The position numbers and the translations under genes were made by a program. This document shows positions 41,340-53,060 of a stretch of DNA of 55,438 nucleotides, piece after piece. The DNA comes from Tubiluchus corallicola. Its lineage: Eukaryota; Animalia; Priapulida. Where the stretch lies: NCBI GenBank assembly GCA_030141605.1, contig JAQGDQ010001209.1, positions 1 to 55,438 of the forward strand, in the 5' to 3' direction. The notes below the pieces were generated by a model. The model saw nothing but the letters and a program-made list of their open reading frames with translations, did not search any database and was not told where the DNA came from. Every line of letters starts with the position of its first letter. Positions within the stretch are counted from its first letter, which is position 1.

Positions 41340-41457
41340 TTAAAGGAAAGATCAAACCTTCTAGGAGGTTATGCTTATTTCAATATTTCAAGAAATATTA
41401 GAAGGATTTAGTAATAAAACTTCAAAAAGCGCTTCGTGTAACTAGTAAAATCACTTT
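41340..41457 (+). mobile_element. Family C 5' fragment
   Basis: TTAA-AGGAAAGATCAAACCTTCTAGG...GTAAAATCACTTT matches 11938-12056. Confidence 0.7.
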
Positions 41458-41726
41458 GCCGCATGGTATAAATACTGCATGTACCATTTTCGTGAGTCAT
41501 CCTCGCGGAATTCAGTGTTAAATTTAACAACTCAATTACTTCTTTCTTATTCAACGAACAACAATTAAAACATTTCAGCATAAAATTCTAAGATTTAAAC
41601 TCTTTTAACAGACTGACGATTTTATGTTTTATTAATACAACATCGATAGCTATTCATGAAAAGAAAAATAACGCACACATATTTATATATATATATATAT
41701 ATATATAAGTCTAAATATGTATAACT

Positions 41727-42055
41727 ATGTCTAAATTATGTTATACTTGCCGTATTTCTCATATACAAAGTAAAATTAATAATGTTAATCAATGTAATGT
41801 CATAACTGTTCGTTTTTAGTGAAGTTTTTCTAACAACTTCAAAGTCTGAATATATATATAGATGTCTGTGATATTTATATATTTATATATATATATATAT
41901 ATATACGACAATCTATATATACGACAATTCAGATTTTGAAGCTGTTAGCAGAACTTTACTAAAAAAAGACAAACAGTTCTGACATTACATTGACTAACAT
42001 TATTAATTTTACTTTCTATACAAGAAATACGGCAAGTATAACTTAATTTAGACAT
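41727..42055. mobile_element. Foldback / long-TIR MITE-like inverted repeat
   Basis: ~125-bp arms (41727-41851 and ~41927-42055) in inverted orientation around a (TA)n-rich spacer. Confidence 0.75.
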
Positions 42056-42896
42056 GATTTTACAGTATAAAACTCGCAAAGTAGCTGCAGCAAATTGGTT
42101 CACCGTGAAATTCTAGCTGCATGGGATTTTAAAAAAAAAATCAGAACATTTTCTGATTTTCTGACAGCAATGTCGTGCGTCCTCGCTGCATGTTACTGAT
42201 ATTTCGGGAAACCACGGCTCCCTTCATCAAGCTACATTTCCTGTAATATTGTTAAACTTTGTTCTGTTTGTAACTACGTCCTTATTTCCACCAGTTTCTG
42301 TGCAACGTTCTTTCAGTGGTTCCACAACAAAATTGTTAATAATAGGATAAGTTTCGCCAGGTATACAGGACAGAGAGTCAAAGGCTCCCGTCGTAATATC
42401 ATACCTGTGCACTGGTCACGCCCATTCAATCAGGAATTTTCTGCTTCAAGACAGGTGTGGCATATGGCAAAAACAAATTCAAAATTCACCATTAAAGAGA
42501 AATACTTTAGAGAATATTTGTGACAGAAACACAGCCATTGTTTTCTTAAATTCACTAATGTCATACTTCGTAGTAAAATTTGATGTAATAATTATACCAT
42601 TTCAAAGCTCGGATTTACTTTAAAAATATAGCATATCTATTAACGAGACTGCACAATCAACACTTAGTATAAAATTACAATACATTACCATGCCATTGTG
42701 TGATTTCTTTTTAGTAAGCGTTTATTATGGATAAAACAAAAGTCGAAAATTAGAATTTTAAAGTTAAAATTATTCGACTGTTTTTAGAACACGTCAGTGT
42801 TTTTGTAGATATTAAGTTCAAAATTTTATATAATTCAAGCTAACTACATACAAAATTCTAATTGCAATTCTAAAGCTCATTGTGTACTAAACTTCG

Positions 42897-43140
42897 TAAT
42901 ATAACATAATATAATATAATATAATATAATATAATATAATATAATATAATATAATATAATATAATATAATATAATATAATATAATATAATATAATATAAT
43001 ATAATATAATATAATATAATATAATATAATATAATATAATATAATATAATATAATATAATATAATATAATATAATATAATATAATATAATATAATATAAT
43101 ATAATATAATATAATATAATATAATATAATATAATATTAC
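42897..43140. repeat. (TAATA)n microsatellite
   Basis: Direct reading of the sequence. Confidence 0.97.
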
Positions 43141-43510
43141 ATAATACGGTTTACTAATGTTATTATTATCATTGTGTTGTATGACGATTATACACCATAT
43201 GCGGGGTTCTCTCTGTGTAGTTTTTTTGCATTTTATATGTAATGAATAGTAATGAATTGTAAAATTGTAATTATTACTATGTACGTAAATATATAATGGA
43301 TTAGTAAATATGCGCTTTTCTAATTAAAAAGACTATGAATGTATACCAAAAAATTTATATAACTATTTTTTTACGTTACCTCGTCATTTAGTTAGTCATA
43401 AAGCATCAGTATGAAAAATAATGATTAATTCTTTATTTATTATTTGCACGTAAAAAAATTAAATATAAAAGTTGAAAGATACACTTAAAATTAATGATGA
43501 CATAATGAAT

Positions 43511-44131
43511 TTAAAGCAAAGCCGGACCCAATCTTAAATATAGGTGAACATAATCTACTCTTTAAAATATTGAAAGGAAACACACTAGTTTTTCAAAAAT
43601 GACTTATGTGAAAGAATTATTACCACACAAATGCAGTTTCACGTTCGCGTCACTAGTTCTTCGTTGTTACATGCATTTCGCCATTCGCTAGTTAGACGGG
43701 CACTAGCGCCTGTATTTCAGAAATGCATTGCACAAAAAATCAGGCACTGTACCTCTCAATTCAGATGTGTTAGTTTGTCAAGAACTGCACGTGTTCGACA
43801 GCTCGTGCGTGAGCACAATGGTAAACTTGAAATTTGAATTTTTATCTTAAAACTGGTCTAATTTTAGTACAACACACTGAATATCTTACAGCAGCACTGT
43901 ACTTCAATTTTCCTCTTCGCAAACACGTGCAACACGCTCGTCGAATGTTTTTGCTGTTGAAAATTATGTTAGTTTGTGATGTCATCAATAATTGGGCTCG
44001 CGTTAATTACGTTTTTAATCTGCTATTTAATTATCAAAAATACTTTTGCAGTATTAATTGTGCCAAAATGTATACTTTTAATGGACTTGAAATTAGGGTA
44101 GTATATGAAAAATCATCCTGTCTTCTTTTAA
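43511..44131 (+). mobile_element. Kolobok-like MITE family A, full length
   Basis: TTAA-AGCAAAGCCGGA ... TCCTGTCTTCTT-TTAA; ~613 bp, non-coding. Confidence 0.85.
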
Positions 44132-45072
44132 AATCACACACTGTAGCAGTAACGTAAAATAAAATTTTTGAATCATTGCAGAGAATACAATAAACAAAAG
44201 AAAGTGTTAATTTAAATTTTAAAATGTGCAAAATGTAATTATTTGCTTTTTCCTGCTTCTGTCTTGTAGACAGTTAATTGTTAAACAAAGTATTGTTATC
44301 ATCATCATCATCATCATCATCATGATTATTATTATTATTATTAAACAATTATTAATGTTACACAAAACATTTAATTACAAAATGTATCTTAAACTTCATT
44401 TTTTTCATTTCTTTCAAATTTCAAATTTTTCAACTATCGTCAAACAGCCTCACGGACACGTGGAAACGTATATTTTAATAAACGTTGAACATTGCAGCGA
44501 GAAAAGATGGCATTTTATCATTTTATTGTCTTATTTCGATTACAAAACGGGTGTAATTTAATTAAATTTATCGCAACATTTTCGCCTCATTCCGAAAAAG
44601 GCCAACTCGATCTGTTTTTAAAAATCCTCTAAGCAAACGCTATACAAATGCACAACACACTCGCATGGGAAACGATTGCTTCCCTTTCCTGTTGGCGTCC
44701 AGTTCGCGCTTCTCCATCCGGTTGCTCTGTACTTGCATATGACTGACAGACCCACTAATCGCCCGTGCAAATATGGATGTTGTCTCTTCGACATATTGCA
44801 CCGGCGCCTGTATCGGTATTACTGATTAGAAATCTTTGTTGTGTACATAAACTTTTGTGCGTCAGCCCGTCCCACAGAGAGGGCAAATCCTACCCTAAAC
44901 GTAATAAACACATTAAGTTTCACAAACACGCCAGTCTGGGTCAGATCTAGACGCTGCAACAAAGTTCTCATACCGGTAAGTGATGATACGTTTTATAACG
45001 AACTAATAAAATCGAATTATTAAAAACGCTCTCTTATGTACCTCAATATCAACTTAATATAAGTGGAGCAGA

Positions 45073-45543
45073 TTATCTTACCTTATACATACCTGTTTAC
45101 GTTGATACCATTATCAGTATGCATGCTCAGGTATCTTGTGTACATAGCTATAGTCTAATATAGATTTGTGGCATACAGGTGAGCTACTAATTCGATTTTA
45201 CTGCCATGACAGGTAGCAAAATGCAACAGGTGAGTTCAGATAGACAGATAATAATGTAGGTTTCCTATCAACATTTACATTTATTGGCAGATGGATAAAG
45301 TGAACGGTGCATGATTACAGGTGGTGAAAACACACAGGTATATCTAGGTAGAGATGAGATTTAGGCAATACGGTTATCGAATTATGGTGCTTTAAAACTT
45401 AACTAGTTTTACGAGGAATTAATATTATCGTGCGCGAATAATGATAAGCTAGGGTTATCTACGAGGTGCCACGCGAATGGGCGGGCGTGATGGGGGAAAA
45501 TATCGCAATTATTGTTGCGTTTTATAGAGTAACTTTCCAGGTG
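45073..45543. promoter_or_regulatory. Candidate enhancer: dense CAGGTR plus WGATAR cluster
   Basis: Eight CAGGTR sites, either strand (45090, 45128, 45176, 45210, 45227, 45318, 45335, 45538), and seven WGATAR sites (45073, 45111, 45238, 45246, 45265, 45442, 45455) in ~470 bp of non-repetitive DNA. Confidence 0.55.
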
Positions 45544-46151
45544 TAGCGATAAGATTACTGGAAAACCAAACAGACTATGGCGGTGGAACGAAAATAAGAA
45601 ATATGAGTAAAATAAGTTTTAATCTTGACTATGGAGATATATTTACAGCTAAACATACGCAAATTATATAGCTTGTGTATATATAATTTATAACAAATCT
45701 AATTTATTTACAGTACAATACATTTTTTACACATAAATACACTTCTTGCTTAATATATGAAATATGGCTACAGTTATCACTGTTAATTACGTAAGTAGAA
45801 TAGTGTACATAGAAGTTATCTGTGTTTTTTAATCAATATGCTGTATTGTATACTGTACATCACAGAATCTGATACGAATGTCTGTAAAATAAATATTATG
45901 GATTTTATTTAAAATTTAAAACCAAATTAATGACGTAAATCGTACGACGCTAGGTGTGAATTGTACGAGGCTAGTGTAGCTAGCGTAGTTGTGTAGATAC
46001 TACGACGCAATGCGATTACACGTACGCGCGCGAGAAGCGAAACTCTAGCGAACTAATCTTAATATTCGAGGTAAAAAATACGGATATTCTAAACAAGCAG
46101 CATCCGCGACACGTGTCCTCGCCTGACCACGATTTCGTATGCTGTGTATCG

Positions 46152-46663
46152 TACATCACGTCACTACGGAAAAAAAGGGGGAAGAAAAGGAAATGTTAAA
46201 TTATGTCCCAAAAAACTTTCCTTGCAAATCTATATTATTTAGCTTTGCGCTTACCTGCTATAAAGACTTATGTAACTAGACTAATAATTTTACATGTTTG
46301 TGCCATTTGATAAAATGTCGCTGACTCACCCTCCAGGGTGCGCCACTCACTAGCCAAAAACGTATTTTTAATCTTATTCACAAGATACAGTAATTTAAAA
46401 TTTTACTTAATTAGCAACATGTATGCTACGAATGCTCTGATTATTTTTTCAAACTTTACTTAATGCTATCAAAACTTGTTTCAATCAACCCACCATTAAA
46501 ATGGCTGCGTCTAACGGTCATCGCGGGAGTTTAAATTCACAAGTTTTATACATCGTTATTGCCGACGCAAGCCCTGCATGCAAAAAGGCAGTACGTAAGT
46601 GGTATAAAATTTCAAGACGATTTTTTAAGCTTTACGTAAGTGGAGGCCTTTCTTGTGCTTTAA
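46152..46663 (-). mobile_element. Family B copy retaining the other terminus
   Basis: Ends CTTGTGCT-TTAA (reverse TTAA-AGCACAAG), the inverted partner of CTTGTCCT-TTAA. Confidence 0.8.
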
Positions 46664-46934
46664 ACACATTTAGTTTGAATCAGAAACCTACTGAAAAAAC
46701 AGGAGTTGAATTCAATGCGCAAATTTGTGTTTTTAACTCCATATTTCAAAAACCGATAACGTGCTTTACTGGTGATTTTGTTTAGTTACATTAATTTTTT
46801 TATCAATTATTCCTATCGCAAGAGCAGACAATCTATAGAAAGTAACTCTTTCAACAAAAAACGCCCATGCCGAATTGAACGTGCTATTTTTGCAAAACTT
46901 TATTCTATTCATATTACATTACATTAATAATTGA

Positions 46935-47370
46935 ATAACATTACATTACTTTACTTTACTTTACTTTACTTTACTTTACTTTACTTTACTTTACTTTACT
47001 TTACTTTACTTTACTTTACTTTACTTTACTTTACTTTACTTTACTTTACTTTACTTTACTTTACTTTACTTTACTTTACTTTACTTTACATCGCATTACA
47101 TTACTTTACTTTACGTTACTGTACTTTACTACATTACTTTACTTTTCTTTACTTTACTTTACTTTACTTTACTTTACTTTACTTTACTTTACTTTACTTT
47201 ACTTTACTTTACTTTACTTTACTTTACTTTACTTTACTTTACTTTACTTTACTTTACTTTACTTTACTTTACTTTACTTTACCTTACTTTACATTACGTT
47301 ACTTTACTTTACTTTACATTATATTACTTTATATTACATTACATTGCATTGCATTGCATTACATTACAAA
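46935..47370. repeat. (TTTAC)n microsatellite
   Basis: Direct reading of the sequence. Confidence 0.97.
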
Positions 47371-47654
47371 TGTTTTTGTGTAAAATTCTTTAAAAGTTTT
47401 TTGCATAAGATATACGTGTCACACTTTACAAAAGTTACAGTTTTGAATGTAAAAAACTCAAACTATCAATTTTTTTCGACAGATGTCGTTCATAATTGTG
47501 TTCTGGCAGGGTGCTCTGGAAAAAATAGGGCGCCTTAAGGAAGCGCGGTTAAGTAGTTCACATAACTTGGTAATATAATAATAGTTAATATGAGTTTGCG
47601 TAATATTACTAATCATTTATTAACCTTTTATTTGTATTGTGAGAGATATTTAAA

Positions 47655-47738
47655 TTAAAGGAACACAGGATGATTTTTCAAGTACAGCAAAAAGACAGTT
47701 AATACTGCAAAAGTGTTTCTGATAATTAAATAATAGAA
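47655..47738 (-). mobile_element. Family A terminal fragment
   Basis: Begins TTAA-AGGAACACAGGATGATTTTTCA. Confidence 0.65.
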
Positions 47739-47912
47739 ATGCAGTGTTTTCGTACATTAAAATTATGGTTGAAAATTATTGGCGTTATTATAGAAATCGT
47801 AAAAATATTGCCCAGTAATTATCTTACTGAGGTTGTCCTTACAACACTCTGCTTTCTCTAACTGAATGGGTTGTTTCTTAATATATTCAGTGTTGCTTGT
47901 AAAAAAAAAGAA

Positions 47913-48507
47913 TTAAAGGAAGACGGGATGATTTTTGTATATCCTATCTCATTTTCAAGTCGGATAAAAAGTATACATTTTAATGCAATTAGTACTGCAA
48001 AAGCATTTCTGGTAATTAAATAATAGATTAAAAACTTAATTAACGGCGAGGGAGCCCAACTATTGATGACGTCACAAGCTAACATAATTTTCAACAGCAG
48101 AAATATTCTGGGAGCGAGTTGCACGTGTTTGTGAAAGCAAAAATTTAAGTACAGTGCTACTGTACAACATTCAGTATAATATACAAAAACTCCAGAAATT
48201 TTAAGATAAAAATTTGTGTTAAGATAATCGCTGTGTTCACGCATTAGCTCTCGAACGTGTGTGCTACGCCACAAACGAACAGCCCTGAACTGAGAGGTAC
48301 ATCCCATTTTTCCATGCAGCCATCTAACTAGCGACTGGCGAAATGCATGTAACAGAGAAGAACTAGTGGTGCGAACGCGAAATTGTGTTTGTGGTAATAA
48401 TTCTTTCACATAAGTCATTTTTTTTAAAAAGTATGTTTCCTTTCAATATTTTAAAGTGTAGATTGTTTTGACCTACAGTTTAAGATTGGGTCCAGTTTTT
48501 GCTTTAA
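47913..48507 (-). mobile_element. Kolobok-like MITE family A, both termini
   Basis: TTAA-AGGAAGACGGGATGA ... TCCAGTTTTTGCT-TTAA. Confidence 0.85.
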
Positions 48508-50398
48508 GTCTAATTACTAGAATTGAGTTGTAAAAACAATTCAATTTCGTGCCGTTTGCAGCTTAGACTTCCATCTCCGTTGATACGTATTAAGGATTAT
48601 CAGTTTAAGTGACATTATTGTCACCACCATCATGATCATCATTATCATTGTCTTTATTATTATTATTGTGACAATATTTTGTATTATAAAGACCGTTTTT
48701 TCACAAATATATATTCAAATTTCAACATGCCAAGCTTCTTTAAGAAGAAACATATGTCGACAATAAATAAAATATAAATTTATTTGAAAAAATAAAATAA
48801 TATAATTTTAACGACGTCATTATCGTCATTATCAAGAACGTGATATCATATATATATTCAATTTAGTTGGAAACATCCAACAGCTGCCAGTTAGCAAACA
48901 CTTCTACAGAGCATCTTTGCATCTAAGCTTCAGTATTCTGCATTCCTGTGGTGCAATTGTCAAATAATATCTGAACATAAAATCCAATGTACACCTTCAG
49001 AGAATTAGTAGAATTGTGTGGAGTATTTGGAATATGTCATCATTAATATTGGTAAGATTTTATATTCAATTAAGTTGGAAACTAGGCTTAATCAGCTGTG
49101 CCTTATTTATAGATATTTGAGGTACTTTTTAATCTTTATCTACATGGTGTCATTATTTGGGAATATTTTCGTAATTGTTTCTATCATTTTAACTTTCTGT
49201 CGTCTAAATACAAAATAATCTGGAGGATCATTTCATCTTAACTTGTCTTTAAGAGCAACTCTGCATGCACATAATGTGAAAAGTTTTGTAAATTATTTAT
49301 TGGCAAATTCACAGTGATAGCGCATGTGCACAGACTATTCACCAATGTTCCTTTAATAATTGCGCAAAGGTTACAAGCATATTTGTTCAAACAACTATTG
49401 TTTTTTTGTAAGTATTAAACCACAAGGGATTTTCGAGTTTTTCGAAGTTGGGTAATTTCATAAAGTGCTCCCAAATGTGCAAAATTTTTCAATTTTTTTC
49501 ATAGCTGAGTGGTCACGGTGCCCACTTCGTGAAAACGCGGATCTTGCGTAGCAAATTGATAGTGGCATCTTCAACTTTGACTTCACCTATTATACTGCCT
49601 CTGAATAGTTTTGTCTGCCACTCTGACTGGGATAGTTTATCTCATTGGGAGATGATTGATGAATGTGCATTTTGCATAGATTCATGAAAAGCAGCGATTA
49701 TTAAGGGTAACTTCCTGTTAAAATGTGACATGAGCTTAATTTGTCCTTGGCTGATTAGTTGGTTTTACCTGGAACAGCAGCAAAACACTGCACAGCTTGG
49801 GCGGTAGCAAGCAGGCGATCAATACATTAGCGTGTACGATCGCGCAAGTGTACACCAGACTAAGCTACTCAATAGGCTAACTATGAGTGCCTGAAAAGGG
49901 CGTGTTTTTCCTAATTTTGTCCAATTCAATCACATATATGTTTAAACAAATAGCATGATTGGATAGCAAAGATTCTCCTGATTAAAATAGTACCTTACGT
50001 GTAATCATTTAGTTATGTCTGTGCTCGTACAGTAGCAGAAGAGTTATAGGTCCTATAAGACCTATTTTGAATAATGAGGTCCTGAAGCGATTAAAGCTAT
50101 GGAATGCAATGATAATTTCTTAGAAAAGTGCAACATAGACAAAGTCATAAACTGGCACTTTCATGAGTGTATAACGTGTATAAAATAGCATCACAGCTAT
50201 GTGATTGTATTTATGATGTGCAAAACAAAATGTGACAACACGTTGCCGACCAAGTGTTCAGTCAAACGGATTATCCTTGGTATTGGGTAAACGTTCGATC
50301 TAACCACACCCATTTACATTAAGTATGCCCATCCACCAACCCTCGGCTTGAAGAAGTCAGTGTAGTGAAAAAAATTAATAAATTCTTCTTTGTTCCAG

Positions 50399-50465
50399 AA
50401 ATGAACTGCCATTGACGACAACGCCAGAAGCGAGATCCCTGTAACTTCGTTCCTGATGGAATTTA
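50399..50465 (+). other. 5' UTR part of the first coding exon, with upstream ATGs
   Basis: Polypyrimidine tract and acceptor ttcttctttgttccAG (AG 50397-50398) imply an upstream non-coding exon. uATGs at 50401 (MNCH*) and 50456 (MEFNGTAMC*, overlapping the main start). Confidence 0.6.
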
Positions 50466-51279
50466 ATGGAACAGCGATGTGCTGACTTGCAAACGGATGT
50501 GTCCGAGTTTCAGTCTAAAGACAGTGCACAACACGAAGCCTGTGAATCGCCCAGCTTAAACTCCAGCAGAACAGAACGACATACAACCGAGCGTGTACCA
50601 AATGAAATCCCAGTGGCTCCTCGCAGTGGTATGGTTCAGACTATAGCGCATACTAACGTCTATCAGCCACCCAATCAGCTCTTGCCAACCGAAGACGTGG
50701 AGCACTTTTTCAACTACCTTGAAAAGCCGTCAAATCTTGCTCATTTCGGCAATCAAGTGGGTGCCTTTCCCAGTGAAATCATGTTTCCAAATGTGGCCAT
50801 GCACCACGGAACGCAGTCGTTCATTCACGAAAGCACGGCTACGCCGAATTACATTCATTCCGGCAACAACCCTGTGTTTGTGCCATCGACGAGAACTATG
50901 TTGTCCATGCCGTACAATGTGAACAGTAGCGTCCAAAACGGTGAAACGAATCCGGCCTTGTGGTACCATCATCCAGGTGACGGTACGGGGTACACGGTTG
51001 GAACGACAGCCTCCGTTTCGCCAAGAATAAACCTGCCACCCAGTCCGCCCATTAGTTCGCCAGGTGCTCTAGATTCTGGCTACATGTCTCGTCAGCGTCA
51101 AGGCAATGGTCTGCCGTCGTACCAGTATATGCCACAAGACGCCATGTCAGCTGCTTGGCCTTCCCTTGATGGTGGTATACACGCAAATGCAATGGTCGCT
51201 TCAACACCACCAGGACTTCGACGACCACCAGTGCCAATGTCTAGTCCTGTGGGCATGGGCATGCCTGGGGGCAACTTAG
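50466..51279 (+). CDS. GATA456: GATA4/5/6 (pannier-like) transcription factor, first coding exon (N-terminal activation region)
   Basis: Open frame from ATG 50466, with an in-frame TGA at 50454-50456 upstream. Carries GATA4/5/6-type motifs MFPNVAMHHG..NPVFVPSTR..MPY and VSPRINLPPSPP. Ends at donor AG|GTACGA (GT 51280) in phase 1, matching the next exon. Confidence 0.88.
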
Positions 51280-51428
51280 GTACGAAATTCTTAATAATTT
51301 TCTATTGTGTTACGTGTAGTACTCGACATGTTAAATGCTACGTGTCATGTAAAACTTAACTTTGAACCAACGTTTTAATATACTCTCACAAGAGTAAAGC
51401 AATTCTCAAAGAGGAAACGAAAAAAATA

Positions 51429-51453
51429 GTGTGTGTGTGTGTGTGTATGTGTG

Positions 51454-51485
<32 letters not shown>

Positions 51486-51644
51486 TGTGTGTGCATGTGT
51501 GTGAGAAAAAAGAGAGAGCAAAAGAGGATTGGCAAGAGAGAGAGAGCGAGAGTTAACAGAGATAGAGAGAGAGACAAGGAGAGGGGGAAGGAAGGAGAAA
51601 GAGAGAGGAATACAGCACTTATTAACTTAGAGAGAGAGAGAAAG

Positions 51645-51690
<46 letters not shown>

Positions 51691-51707
51691 AGAGAGCGAG
51701 AGTTAGC

Positions 51708-51758
<51 letters not shown>

Positions 51759-52093
51759 CAAGGAAAGGGGGAAGGAAGGAAAAAAGAGAGGAAGTACAGC
51801 ACTTATTAGCTTTGAGAAAGAAAGAGAAAGAGAGAGAGAAAGAGAGAGAGCAAGCAAGAGGGAAAAAGACAGAGAGCGGGGAGAGGAGGAAGGTTGGAGA
51901 AAGAGAGAGAAAGTGCAGCACTTACTAGCTTAGAGAAAGAAATAGAGAGAGTGAGTGAGTGTGAGAGAGAGAGAGAGCAAGCAAGAGGGAAAAAGACAGA
52001 GAGACAGGGAGAGGGGAAGGAAGGAGAAAGAGAGAGAAAGTGCAGCACTTACTAACTTAGAGAAAGAAATAGAGAGAGAGTGAGTGAGTGTGT

Positions 52094-52126
<33 letters not shown>

Positions 52127-52212
52127 CAACTAAGAGGGGAAAAGACAGAGAGACAGAGAGAGAGAGGGAAGGAAGGAGAAAAAGAGAGAGAAAGTGAAGC
52201 ACTTACTAGCTT
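51429..52212. repeat. (GT)n followed by a GA-rich higher-order repeat in the GATA intron
   Basis: Anchor AGCACTTAYTARCTT recurs five times (~51614, 51798, 51917, 52044, 52198), separated by variable (GA)n-rich blocks. Confidence 0.85.
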
Positions 52213-52683
52213 GGCCCTTTATTGTTAAAATCTCGCACTGTCAGAGATCTATGGCTCATTTGTAACACGATACATTTTCCGTCAGACCACCTATGGCCAC
52301 TTCGTGTGATCTTTGACAAGAAAATTGCCCATGACGCCTGCCGTCTAATCCTCTGTAACAATGTCAGTTTACTTTTACTTTCAGCTATGTATAAAATTAG
52401 ATTTATTATTTTGCTCATGTCTGTGAGTCCTTACCATGTGGTGTGGTCTCCTAGGTCATGTATAGCTCTAAAGCGACATCGAGTCGACGAGTTCGAACAC
52501 GAATCGTTGTCATCACACTTCGACAGCAAATAATTGTTGTCTGTCTTCATGCTTATGCCAGTGATTTTATTTGCTTATGTAGTGAAATTTTTTGTTTAAA
52601 TTACAAAGAGTGTCTCTTCAGACATTAATTTTAAACAGAATAAAGTTTTTTACGAAATTAAGCATTCCTTCCTCGCTCCCTCC

Positions 52684-53060
<377 letters not shown>

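Noticed and set aside
42227-42412. 61-aa minus-strand ORF with ordinary composition
   Set aside because: No recognisable domain, no ATG start and no convincing splice sites.
43631-44157. Similar ORFs recurring at 16.7, 22.3, 39.8, 43.8 and 47.9 kb that look like a gene family
   Set aside because: Chance frames in MITE family A; stops and frames differ between copies.
50170-50330. Proximal TATA-like TATAAAA (50179) and TCAGTC (50258)
   Set aside because: TATA-Inr spacing is wrong and such words are common in AT-rich DNA. A proximal promoter is not excluded but is unsupported.
51280-51359. C-terminal tail of the 297-aa ORF (GTKFLIIFYCV...)
   Set aside because: Intron read-through past the donor at 51280; the composition shifts abruptly to AT-rich.
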